Shown here in pieces: positions 1 to 8,341 of a stretch of 49,352 nucleotides of DNA; position 1 is the first letter of the stretch, and every line of letters begins with the position of its first letter. Location of the stretch: NCBI GenBank assembly GCA_041611735.1, contig JBFIML010000032.1, positions 1-49,352 on the forward strand. The letters run 5' to 3'. The notes below the pieces were generated by a model, which searched no databases, was not told the DNA's origin, and saw nothing but the letters and a program-made list of their open reading frames with translations. The position numbers and the translations under genes were made by a program. Origin of the DNA: Myxococcota bacterium (GTDB lineage: Bacteria > Myxococcota_A > UBA9160 > PR03).

Positions 1-120
1 CGCCAGGGCAGGCGCACCGCGGCCCGCGACCTCCTCGCCCCCATCTACGACTGGTTCGGCGAAGGCTTCGACACGCAGGACCTGAAGGACGCGAAGGCAC
101 TGCTGGAGGAGCTGGCGTAG
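1..120 (+). CDS. 3' end (partial) of a large AAA-ATPase/TPR (often adenylate/guanylate cyclase-fused) protein
   Basis: Frame +1 reads [39 protein letters not shown], matching the typical C-terminal 'LAPIYxWFTEGFDTxDLKxAKALL' motif of cyclase-ATPase-TPR proteins. Confidence 0.8.
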   Translation, partial: RQGRRTAARDLLAPIYDWFGEGFDTQDLKDAKALLEELA

Positions 121-141
121 CCCTCAATCCACAACAGTTGA

Positions 142-2180
142 GTGCGCCAGGCCAAGCCTGGGAGAGGGGAACAGCATGAGAACGTAGCTCGAAACCTCTC
201 GAAGGGGCCCAGCGGGTAACCAATCCCGCCCGGCAGAGGTTGGCCACCAGCCGGAAGCGAGTCTTGCGTGGCACCGGGGTGACCCGTGCTGCGAAGCGTA
301 GACAGCGAGTGTGTAGGCCGTGTGATAGAGCCTCGAAATAGTGGTAGCTGGCGGGAGCCGACGTGGTTCAATTCGCGGAAGGCCGCGCGGGGGTGCCGAG
401 AGAGGCCTGGCATCTCCCGTCCCGTCGGGGTCGAAGAGCAGGGCATGCACACCATGGGGTCCCCCAGGAACCTGGGAGGCCTCGTCGTCTCCGTCCTCGA
501 AGCCGGTCGGGGGACCGGTGATCAAACCCCAGGCCTCGCAGCGGCGCGTCCTCCGCTGCGGGGAGCGAATCGCAGGACGCAAGGACGGTACCGCCAAGCG
601 AAGGCAACGAAGTGCGGCGGGACGGACGGCGAGACGTCGGAGTGCCTCGTAGTACCGAGGAAGCAGGGGAATCCAGCCCAGGAGACCCTGTGGAGGGAAG
701 GGGGCACCGGGAATGGGAGCTGTTGGGGGGAAAGATGCCCGAAACACGGAGTTCGGACAGCGTCTCCACGAAACTTCAACAGATAGCCGCGTTGGCCAGG
801 CAAAGGCCCGAGGTGGCGTTCAGCGCCCTGGCTCACCACATCGACGTCGACTTCCTCCGCGAGGCGTACAGGCGAACGCGCAAGGACGGTGCTGTCGGGA
901 TCGATGGACAGACGGCGGACGAGTACGCAGCGAGCCTGGAGGACAACCTCCGTTCGCTTCTCGGCCGCTTCAAGTCCGATCGGTACCGGGCGCCTGCCGT
1001 GCGGCGGGTGCACATATCGAAGGGAGGCGGGAAGAGAACCCGTCCCATTGGCATCCCTACCTTTGAGGACAAGATCCTTCAGAGGGCGGTGTCGATGGTC
1101 GTGGGAGCCGTCTACGAGCAGGACTTCCTGGACTGCAGTTACGGCTTTCGCCCCGGACGATCCGCACATCGAGCTCTGGACGCACTGTGGCGGGAGACGA
1201 TGGCGATGGGCGGAGGTTGGGTGCTGGATGTCGATATCTAGGGATTCTTCGATGCTCTGGACCATCACCATCTCCGAACCTTTCTTGGTCAGAGGGTGCG
1301 CGACGGAGTGTTGCGTCGTGCGATCGACAAGTGGTTGAAGGCTGGTGTGCTGGAGGAGGGGCAGCTTCGCCGTGTTGAGGAAGGCACACCACAGGGCGGC
1401 GTGATCTCGCCGCTGCTGTCGAACATCTACCTGCATGTCGTTCTCGACGAGTGGTTCACGAGAGAGGTCAAACCCCGCATACGGGGTCGAGCCTTCTTGA
1501 TCCGCTACGCGGATGACTTCGTCATCGTGTTCGCTCGGGAGGACGACGCCAGGCGGGTGATGGAGGTGTTGCCGAAGCGGCTGGGGAAGTATGGCTTGAC
1601 CCTGCATCCGGAGAAAACTCGACTCGTGCGATTCCAGCGCCCGCGATCTTCCCCGGGGTCTGGGCGCGCGGGTCGAGTCGATGCCGAATGTCGGGCGCGT
1701 CCGGGAACCTTCGTCCTGCTGGGATTCACCCACTTGTGGGGGCAATCCCGGCGGGGCAGGTGGGTGATCCAGCGGAAGACGGCGAGTGGCAGATTCCGCC
1801 GGGCGCTTCGGGCGATCAACCTCTGGCTTCGCCGGCATCGACACAGGTCGATTGCGTTCCAACACCGGGCGCTCTCGCAGAAGCTGCGTGGGCACTGGGC
1901 GTACTACGGGATCACCGGGAACGCTCGGCGCTTGCAAGTCTTCGGGATGGAAGTGAGGCGCCTGTGGCACAAGTGGCTCAACCGCCGTTCTCAGCGGGGC
2001 GGAATGCTGTGGAGCCGCTTCGCGCGGCTTCTCGAGCGCTATCCGCTCCCGCGCGCCGTGGTTGTCCACTCGGTCTACCGTCGTGCAGCGAACCCCTAAA
2101 CCCGAGGAGCCGGATGCGTCAATCGCGCACGTCCGGATCTGTGGGGGGCCGGGGCAGGCAACTGCCCCGGTCTACCCGAC
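142..2180 (+). mobile_element. Group II intron (IIB-like bacterial intron with ORF in domain IV, no endonuclease domain)
   Basis: 5' consensus GTGCG at 142. Domain V GAGCCGGATGCG...CGCACGTCCGGATCTG at about 2107-2141 with the AGC triad. Domain VI hairpin CCGGGGCAG-GCAA-CTGCCCCGG followed by TCTACCCGAC ending at 2180. EBS1 TCAATT (368-373) pairs with IBS1 AGTTGA (136-141). Confidence 0.93.
735..2099 (+). pseudogene. ltrA: Group II intron reverse transcriptase/maturase interrupted by an in-frame TAG at 1239-1241
   Basis: One frame from ATG 735 ([18 protein letters not shown]) with RT motifs [73 protein letters not shown] and a maturase X domain. The two ORF-track pieces share a frame and are separated only by the stop. 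Confidence 0.9.
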
Positions 2181-2456
2181 CACGACCGGCGACTCCTTTC
2201 AGCTCCGCACCGAGCGAGCGTGCAACCGATATGCAAGCGTTCGCGCGCGAGACGTGAGCTTCTGCAAGATCGGCGGCGAGTTGTTCGGAGACTGCTTGGA
2301 CTACCTACCCCTTGAGATCCCCATAGATCCCCCTCGCTAAGTCGCTCTGCCTAGAAAGGCCTGGAGTTGAAGACGCCGGCCGGACGCGAGGACCAGGCAC
2401 GCAGATAACACGGCGCCGACCCGGGCCGTGTCCACAAGATCACACTCACGAAGCGC

Positions 2457-2556
2457 CTAGGACCAAGACCAGGCCCAGGACCTAAGCCTAAGACAAAGCC
2501 TTGGACATGTACTAGAACAGTAGTCTTCAAGTACTAGAACCCAAGCAAGATAAGAG
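2457..2556. repeat. AT-richer patch with ~6-bp periodic repeats and a 10-bp direct repeat GTACTAGAAC (2509-2518, 2531-2540)
   Basis: Reads gaccaa-gaccag-gcccag-gaccta-agccta-agacaa-agcctt, then two exact GTACTAGAAC copies 22 bp apart, just downstream of the Prim-Pol gene. Confidence 0.6.
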
Positions 2557-2571
2557 CCGCGCGCTTCATTC

Positions 2572-3354
2572 TCAGCTCTCGTCGCCGAAGAGCGGCGGCG
2601 CGATCGTGTCGCCGCGCCGGGTGGCCGTCTGTTGGACGCGCCGCACCGTGCCCACCGCCTCGGCGGGCGGGAGCGGCGGCCGGCATCGCCTGGCCCACTC
2701 GAGGGCCACCAGCTCGTGGAGGTCGCCTGGGATGCCCGCCTGGACCAGGTGGCCCACCAGGCGGGCCAGGGCCATGTTCCGCTGGCCCTCCTCGGCACCC
2801 TCCAGGAGCCCGGCCCACCGGCTGCGGAGCCGGGTCGGAAGCTGGCGCACCGCGTCGCGGCGTTCTTCCTCGGCGGGCGCTCGATAGGCCGGCAGTGCGC
2901 CAAGGTCGCCTCGGCGGAGCCACCGATACCCGCGGGTCGGCGGGATGATCGCGTAGGCTCCCTCGGCCCGAAGGTCCACCGGAATCCCGACTCCGGGTAC
3001 TCGCACCCGCGACGGGATCGGTCCCTGAGCCGGGTGGGCGTAGTAGAGGTGAGCGCCGCCGCGGGGCGTTGCGGCTACGCGGCACGTCTCGCCGAAGACG
3101 CGCAGCGCCTGGCCGTGGTCTAGGTCGTCCACGTCCACGACCACGAGGCCGTAGCGGGCGCCCGTCACGAGCGCCGGCGCCGCGCCGGGCCATCGGGCCC
3201 ACCAGCCCTCTACCTGGCCGACGGTGGGCGGCTCTTTCTGGAAGCGGCGCCAGGCGACGAGGGCCGCTTTCGTCATCGGGTTGGTCGGGATGCAGGCGAG
3301 CCCGCGTTCGCGGGCGGCGAGGGCGGCAGCGCGGAGAGGATTCGTTAGTGTCAA
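2572..3354 (-). CDS. Bifunctional DNA primase/polymerase (Prim-Pol) with PriCT-like C-terminal domain
   Basis: Motifs W..WPGA, LVTGARYGLVVVDVD, TPRGGAHLYY, VDLRAEGAYAIIPPT, then EGQRNMALARLVGHL and CRPPLP (PriCT-like). TTG start preceded by AGGAA. Confidence 0.88.
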   Translation of the reverse strand: MTLTNPLRAAALAARERGLACIPTNPMTKAALVAWRRFQKEPPTVGQVEGWWARWPGAAPALVTGARYGLVVVDVDDLDHGQALRVFGETCRVAATPRGGAHLYYAHPAQGPIPSRVRVPGVGIPVDLRAEGAYAIIPPTRGYRWLRRGDLGALPAYRAPAEEERRDAVRQLPTRLRSRWAGLLEGAEEGQRNMALARLVGHLVQAGIPGDLHELVALEWARRCRPPLPPAEAVGTVRRVQQTATRRGDTIAPPLFGDES

Positions 3355-3426
3355 CGTGTTCCTGCGCGGGGCGTGCGGGAGCTGTGGGAGGGGCAGCCTT
3401 CGGGATTGAGGCTGCCCCTCCTGGCG

Positions 3427-3759
3427 TTAGAAGGACACTTCGTTGTCGGCTGCCTCGATCTCCATGCAGTCGACGGTCTTTCCCTGATACCGGGTCTTTC
3501 CCAGCACCAGCCGGATGCGTCGGCCGAGCAGGTCGTCCAGCTCGACGTTCGAGCCGAATACCTCGCATAGTGCTTGCTCACGGGTCGCGTTGAGTGGAAG
3601 TCCTCGGGAATCCTCCTTGAAGTAGAGGACGTGCTTCGGCTCCTTTTCGGGGCCGAGCAGCACCTCCTCCCAGCCGTCGATGGTCAAGGTCACGCCTCGC
3701 TCGTCGAGGTCGGCGGCTCGCCAAAACTTGCTCTTCTTGAGTGCTCCTAGTCGGGGCAT
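3427..3759 (-). CDS. Phage-type putative single-stranded DNA-binding protein (110 aa)
   Basis: ATG 3759 with AGGAG RBS. SKFWRAADL..VTLTID..KHVLYF..GLPLNAT..GRRIRL resembles a common phage OB-fold-like family. The acidic-aromatic tail DNEVSF recalls the SSB C-terminal tip. Confidence 0.6.
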   Translation of the reverse strand: MPRLGALKKSKFWRAADLDERGVTLTIDGWEEVLLGPEKEPKHVLYFKEDSRGLPLNATREQALCEVFGSNVELDDLLGRRIRLVLGKTRYQGKTVDCMEIEAADNEVSF

Positions 3760-4058
3760 GGTTCTGCTCCTTTTCCGTTCATGGTTTCGCGGTGGCCGAG
3801 CAATCGCACCTCGAGTGCGATCCGTTGTGCTCGGTCCGCCGCCAGCTCGTCGGCAAGCAACCGGATCCGGTCGCGGCCGTTCGCTTCTGCACTCTTCATC
3901 CGGTCGGCGAGGCTCTTTTCGCGTCGCATGAGCCGCGCCACTTCCCGTTTCATCCCGACGACGGTCTGGAGCGGGAGACTCCAGCCGCTCGCTTCTTGCC
4001 TCGGCGGCGGTGTCCTCGGTCTTCGCCGAGGCGCCGTCTTTCGTTTCTGCTTCGCCAT
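3747..4058 (-). CDS. Hypothetical basic/coiled-coil protein (103 aa)
   Basis: MAKQKRKTAPRRRP... followed by a helical, heptad-like segment. It overlaps the start of the SSB-like gene, suggesting an operon. Confidence 0.5.
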   Translation of the reverse strand: MAKQKRKTAPRRRPRTPPPRQEASGWSLPLQTVVGMKREVARLMRREKSLADRMKSAEANGRDRIRLLADELAADRAQRIALEVRLLGHRETMNGKGAEPCPD

Positions 4059-4338
4059 CACACGCCCCCTGTGGGTTCTCGTTCCTGTTCCCGCACCCGT
4101 GCAGCCGCGCACGGACGGGCGGGCCGCGTTCGCTCGCGACCGCGCGGGCCGCGTACTCCGCGCCGAGAGGAGGAGGCACCGGCCACACCGGCCTGGCCCC
4201 ACTCACGACGGAGCCGGCTCGGGGGAGGATCGGGTGGTGCCGTCTGCTGCCGTCCGGCGTGCATCGGATTGCACCCTGTAGGCACAAGATGCAGGGGCGC
4301 GCTCGCAAGGCGCCCACACTACTTAGTGTCCTTCCGGC

Positions 4339-4383
4339 TTCCTAAACCGCGTGTCGCAGGTTCGAGTCCTGCCGGGGGCGCCA
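4339..4383 (+). tRNA. 3' fragment of tRNA-Arg(CCT), probable attR (not a complete tRNA)
   Basis: Anticodon loop TTCCTAA, ACCGC, variable loop GTGTC, T arm GCAGG-TTCGAGT-CCTGC, acceptor strand CGGGGGC, discriminator G and CCA. There is no matching 5' acceptor strand or D arm upstream. Confidence 0.85.
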
Positions 4384-4492
4384 GGCTGCCCGCGCGGATC
4401 TCGGGTTTTCCAGCGGCGGGGCGGCCCGTGGCTCGCCTGCTCGCGCCGGGCGGGGGCCGCTATGCTTTCGGCCCCCCCCCGGGCAGGTGCGA

Positions 4493-5572
4493 ATGAGCCG
4501 GGATGCGTCCGCCAGGAGCGCGGTCACGCTGTGCGTCGTCAACTTCGAGGGCGAGCGCTACCTGCCCGCGTGTCTCGAGTCGGCCTTCGCCGTTGCGGAG
4601 CCCTTCGGGGAGGTTCTGCTGGTAGACAGCGCCTCCCGGGACGGGAGCGCCGCCTGGGTGGAGGCGCACTTCCCGGCGGTGAAGGTGGTGCGCCTGCCCG
4701 AGAACCGCGGACCCGGGGTGGCGCGCAACCAGGGCTACCGGATGGCCTCCCACCCCCGGGTGCTCTTCCTGGACGTGGACGCCCGCCTGGACCCGGCCTG
4801 CCCCGGGGGGCTGGCCGCCGCCCTGGACGCCGACCCCCAGGCGGTCCTGGCCGTGCCCCGCACCCTCTACGCCCGGGAGCCCGGCACCGTCCAGTACGAA
4901 GGGGCCGACGCCCACTTCCTCGGCCTGATGATCCTGCGCCGGGCGGGGGAGCCCGACGCCAGGGGGCCGGCCACGCCGACCCGCATCGACTCCCTGGTCA
5001 CCACCTGCTTCCTGGTGGACCGGCGCCGCTGGCCCCGGGCTGAACTTTTCGACGAGTCCTTCGTCTTCAACTACGAGGATCACGATCTCGGCCTGCGCAC
5101 GCGTGTGCTGGGCGGCGCAATCCTGGCGGTGCCCGAGGCGCGAGTCTGGCATGGGGAGGGCACCGCGGGGCTTTCATACCGCACCGGCGGCCGGCGTGCG
5201 GAGTTGCGCACGTTCTGCCTGATCCGCAACCGCTGGCAGATCCTCCTGAAGGTCTACGCGCGTCGCACGCTGCTCGTGTTCCTGCCCGCCCTCGTGGTGT
5301 ACGAGGCCTTCCAATTGGCCGGATGCCTCGCGCGGGGCTGGCTCGGCCCGTGGCTGCACGCCGCGGGATGGATGCTGCGCCACTTCCGACTGGTCTTGCA
5401 CAAACGGCGTCTCGTGCAGGACAATCGCAAGACTCGCGATCGGGAGATCCTGCGTGGAGGTCCGATGCCCTTCACCCGGAATCTCGCGCAGTCTGGAGTG
5501 GAGCGCAGGGCCGTGCGAGCGCTCGATGCCTTCGCGGCCCGCTACTGGAGGTTGGCACGGCGATGGATTTGA
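4493..5572 (+). CDS. Glycosyltransferase family 2
   Basis: Motifs VVNFEG, VDSASRDGS, NRGPGVARNQG, FLDVD, FDESFVFNYEDHDLGLR. A -10-like TATGCT sits at 4461-4466. Confidence 0.88.
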   Translation: MSRDASARSAVTLCVVNFEGERYLPACLESAFAVAEPFGEVLLVDSASRDGSAAWVEAHFPAVKVVRLPENRGPGVARNQGYRMASHPRVLFLDVDARLDPACPGGLAAALDADPQAVLAVPRTLYAREPGTVQYEGADAHFLGLMILRRAGEPDARGPATPTRIDSLVTTCFLVDRRRWPRAELFDESFVFNYEDHDLGLRTRVLGGAILAVPEARVWHGEGTAGLSYRTGGRRAELRTFCLIRNRWQILLKVYARRTLLVFLPALVVYEAFQLAGCLARGWLGPWLHAAGWMLRHFRLVLHKRRLVQDNRKTRDREILRGGPMPFTRNLAQSGVERRAVRALDAFAARYWRLARRWI

Positions 5573-6774
5573 GCCCCACCCGGGAGATCCCGAAGCCCGC
5601 CCCGGGGCCGCTCCGGATCGCCATGGTGGCGGCCTGCCCCTTCCCGTGGCCGCGCGGCACGCCCCTGCGCATCCAGCAGATGGCGGAGGCGCTCACCCAG
5701 CGCGGCCACCAGGTGCACGTGGTCACCTACCACCTGGGCGGCGACGTGACGACCGCCCCCTATGCGGTGCATCGCATCCCGGCCGTCCCCGGCTACCGGG
5801 TCCATGCGCCGGGCCCCACCTACCGCAAGCTCCTGGTCCTCGACCCCCTGCTCGGCTCCAAGCTTCTGCAGGTGGTGCGACGCCACCGGATCGACGTGGT
5901 GCACGCCCACCACTACGAGGGACTGCTGGTGGCCTCCACCGTGTGCCGCCTCACCGGCACCCCCTTCCTGTACGACGCCCACACGCTGCTCGAGTCGGAG
6001 CTGCCCTACTACGGACTCGGGCTCACGGGCCCCATGAAGCGCACCCTCGGCCGCTGGCTCGACCGCTCGCTGCCCCGCTGCGCAGCCCACGTGGTGACCG
6101 TGAACGAGTCGATCCGAGGTCACCTGATCGAGTCCGCGGGGCTCGAGCCCGAACGTGTCGACGTGGTGGCGAGCAGCGTCGAGCCGGAGTGGCTGGAGGG
6201 CCTGGCGCGCAGCCCGCAGCCCAGCGCGGAGACCGAACGCTGCCTGGTCTTCACCGGCAACCTCGCCCCCTACCAGGGGATCGCGCTCCTGCTCCAGGCC
6301 TTCCGTGAGATCCGGACGCGGCGCCGAAACGTCCGCCTGGTGCTGGTCACCGACGGGCCTCTCGGCCCCTACTCGGACCGGGCGGCCGCCCTCGGCATCG
6401 ACGACGCCCTGGAGGTCCGGCCCGCCGACACGGCCACGGTCCAGGAGTCGCTGGTGGAGGCGGCCGTCTTGCTGAACCCGCGCCCCCACTGCGACGGGAC
6501 CCCGCAGAAGCTCCTCAACTACATGGCCGCCGGCAGGCCGATCGTGTCCTTCCGGGGCTCCGGGGCGATGCTCGAGGCCGAACGCACCGCCCTCCTGGTG
6601 GAGGACGGCGACGTGAAGGCCTTCGCCGACGCGGTGCTGCGCCTGCTCGACGACCCCGAGCTGGCCGCCATCCTGGGCAGGAACGCGCGCCGCTTCGTGG
6701 AGATGCGCCTGCGGGCCGAGCAGGCCGCAGCCCGTATCGAGAGCATCTACCGCTCCGTGCTGGACAGGAACTGA
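5563..6774 (+). CDS. Glycosyltransferase family 4
   Basis: MDLSP...RIAMVAACPFPWPRGTP, DVVHAH, FTGNLAPYQGI, KLLNYMAAGRPIV. ATG 5563 overlaps the end of the previous gene. Confidence 0.9.
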   Translation: MDLSPTREIPKPAPGPLRIAMVAACPFPWPRGTPLRIQQMAEALTQRGHQVHVVTYHLGGDVTTAPYAVHRIPAVPGYRVHAPGPTYRKLLVLDPLLGSKLLQVVRRHRIDVVHAHHYEGLLVASTVCRLTGTPFLYDAHTLLESELPYYGLGLTGPMKRTLGRWLDRSLPRCAAHVVTVNESIRGHLIESAGLEPERVDVVASSVEPEWLEGLARSPQPSAETERCLVFTGNLAPYQGIALLLQAFREIRTRRRNVRLVLVTDGPLGPYSDRAAALGIDDALEVRPADTATVQESLVEAAVLLNPRPHCDGTPQKLLNYMAAGRPIVSFRGSGAMLEAERTALLVEDGDVKAFADAVLRLLDDPELAAILGRNARRFVEMRLRAEQAAARIESIYRSVLDRN

Positions 6775-6776
6775 GG

Positions 6777-7568
6777 GTGGCGACGGCCCGCCTGTCCACG
6801 GCGGGAGCGCTCTGGACGTCGCGGGAGCTGCTGTGGAGCCTCGTCACCCGCAACCTGCGGGTCAAGTACCAACGCTCGATGCTCGGCTTCGTGTGGACGT
6901 TCCTGAATCCCCTCGTGACCGTGGCGATCCTGCTGGTGGTGTTCACCCGGATCGTGCGCATTCCCCTGGAGCACTACTGGGCCTTCCTGCTGAGCGGCTA
7001 CTTCACCTGGAACTTCCTGAGCCTGTCCGTGAATGCCTCGGCGCTCATGCTCGGCGAGCACAAGGCGCTGCTGCGCAGCGTCGCCTTCCCGGCGGAGGTG
7101 ACGGTGCTGGCCGCGGTGCTCTCGCGCGGGGTCGAGTTCCTGATCGAGCTGGCCGTGGTGCTCGTGCTCCTGGGCGTCTTCCACCACGGGGGGATCCCGG
7201 CGAGCTTCGCCTGGCTTCCGCTCCTGCTCGTGCTCCAGCTCCTGGTGACGCTCGGGCTGGCCCTGCCCGTGGCCACGATCTCGGTCTTCTACGCGGACGT
7301 GGTGACCCTGCTCCCCGCGCTGGTGACGGCGCTCTTCTACGCGAGCCCCGTCTTCTACCCGCTGGCCCTGGTCCCCGAGGCCCTGCAGCCGCTCTACCTG
7401 CTGAACCCGGTGGCGGCGCTTCTCGATCTCTACCACGCGGTCCTGTGGGCCGGGACCACGCCGCCCCTGGCCGGGCTCGCCTGGCGGAGCGCCGCCTTCG
7501 CCGCCCTGGCCGGGCTCGGCTATGCGCTCTTCAACCGGCGCAAGCCCGTCTTCGCCGAGGTCGTCTAG
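6777..7568 (+). CDS. wzm: ABC-2 polysaccharide export permease (Wzm/TagG-like)
   Basis: RNLRVKYQRSMLGFVWTFLNPL, about six TM segments, YASPVFYP, LNPVA. Confidence 0.9.
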   Translation: MATARLSTAGALWTSRELLWSLVTRNLRVKYQRSMLGFVWTFLNPLVTVAILLVVFTRIVRIPLEHYWAFLLSGYFTWNFLSLSVNASALMLGEHKALLRSVAFPAEVTVLAAVLSRGVEFLIELAVVLVLLGVFHHGGIPASFAWLPLLLVLQLLVTLGLALPVATISVFYADVVTLLPALVTALFYASPVFYPLALVPEALQPLYLLNPVAALLDLYHAVLWAGTTPPLAGLAWRSAAFAALAGLGYALFNRRKPVFAEVV

Positions 7569-7571
7569 GTC

Positions 7572-8336
7572 GTGGCGGCGCCGGCGGTGGAGCTGCGCGA
7601 CGTCACCAAGAGCTTCTACTACTACGCGCACCGCACCCGCTCGCTGCGGGAGTGGTTCATCCGCTCGGTGCTGCGGCGCCCCTTGCAGGTACGCCGCAAG
7701 GCCTTCTCCCTGCACCCGCTGGACCTGCGCATCGAGCGGGGCGAGGCGGTGGGCCTGGTGGGGGGCAACGGCTCGGGCAAGAGCACGCTGCTGCGGCTCG
7801 TGGCGGGCATCTACCGGCCCACGTCGGGGACCGTGCGTACGGAGGGGCGCCTCTCTGCCGTCCTCGAGCTCGGCGCGGGCTTCCACCCGGAGCTGACCGG
7901 CGCCGAGAACGTGGCGATCTACGCCGCGGTGATGGGCATCCCGCGTCGCGAGCTGAGCCGGCGCTACGCCTCGATCCGCGAGTTCTCGGAGCTGGGCGAC
8001 GTCCTCGACACGCCGCTCAAGTACTACTCGACGGGCATGCAGGCGCGCCTCGCCTTCTCGGTGGCGCTGGCGGCGGACCCGGAGCTTCTGCTCCTGGACG
8101 AGGTGCTGGCCGTGGGCGACCAGGCCTTCCAGGAGAAGTGTCTGAAGCGGATCGGCGCCTTCCACGCCGAGGGCGGCACGCTCGTGCTCGTCTCGCACCA
8201 GCTCCCGCTGCTGCGCGAGATGTGCGGGCGGGGCCTGTGGCTGGAGGGAGGACGCCTGGTGATGGACGGCCCCATGGGCGAGGTGGCGGACGCCTATCGG
8301 GCAACCCGGGGCACGCCCGGGCCCGGGGCGCCCTGA
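7572..8336 (+). CDS. wzt: ABC polysaccharide export ATP-binding subunit (Wzt/TagH-like), no C-terminal carbohydrate-binding domain
   Basis: Walker A GGNGSGKST, GFHPELTGAEN, YSTGMQARLAF, Walker B LLLDEVLAVGD; 254 aa. Confidence 0.92.
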   Translation: MAAPAVELRDVTKSFYYYAHRTRSLREWFIRSVLRRPLQVRRKAFSLHPLDLRIERGEAVGLVGGNGSGKSTLLRLVAGIYRPTSGTVRTEGRLSAVLELGAGFHPELTGAENVAIYAAVMGIPRRELSRRYASIREFSELGDVLDTPLKYYSTGMQARLAFSVALAADPELLLLDEVLAVGDQAFQEKCLKRIGAFHAEGGTLVLVSHQLPLLREMCGRGLWLEGGRLVMDGPMGEVADAYRATRGTPGPGAP

Positions 8337-8341
8337 CGAGG

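Larger units (their letters stand above)
1..4383. mobile_element. Right end of a tRNA-Arg(CCT)-targeted integrative element/genomic island (left end outside the window)
   Basis: A tRNA 3'-half duplicate lies at 4339-4383. To its left are phage/plasmid-type Prim-Pol and SSB-like genes and a group II intron with visibly less GC-biased sequence. No integrase is in the window. Confidence 0.65.

Noticed and set aside
1239-1241. Genome-wide TAG recoding
   Set aside because: TAG terminates many ordinary genes here (e.g. at 120, 7568, 11142, 32851), so the standard code applies.
735-2099. DGR, retron or defence-type reverse transcriptase
   Set aside because: Flanking group II intron ends, domains V/VI and the maturase X domain identify it as an intron-encoded protein.
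2181-2456. Host gene interrupted by the intron
   Set aside because: Joining the exons gave no convincing ORF with a start codon in the frames I read on either strand; the insertion appears intergenic.
2457-2556. CRISPR array
   Set aside because: The repeats are 6-10 bp with no 23-47 bp repeat/spacer structure and no cas genes; no array was seen anywhere in the window.
4300-4383. Complete functional tRNA-Arg gene
   Set aside because: No 5' acceptor strand complementary to CGGGGGC, no D arm, and the anticodon stem is mismatched; only the 3' half is present.
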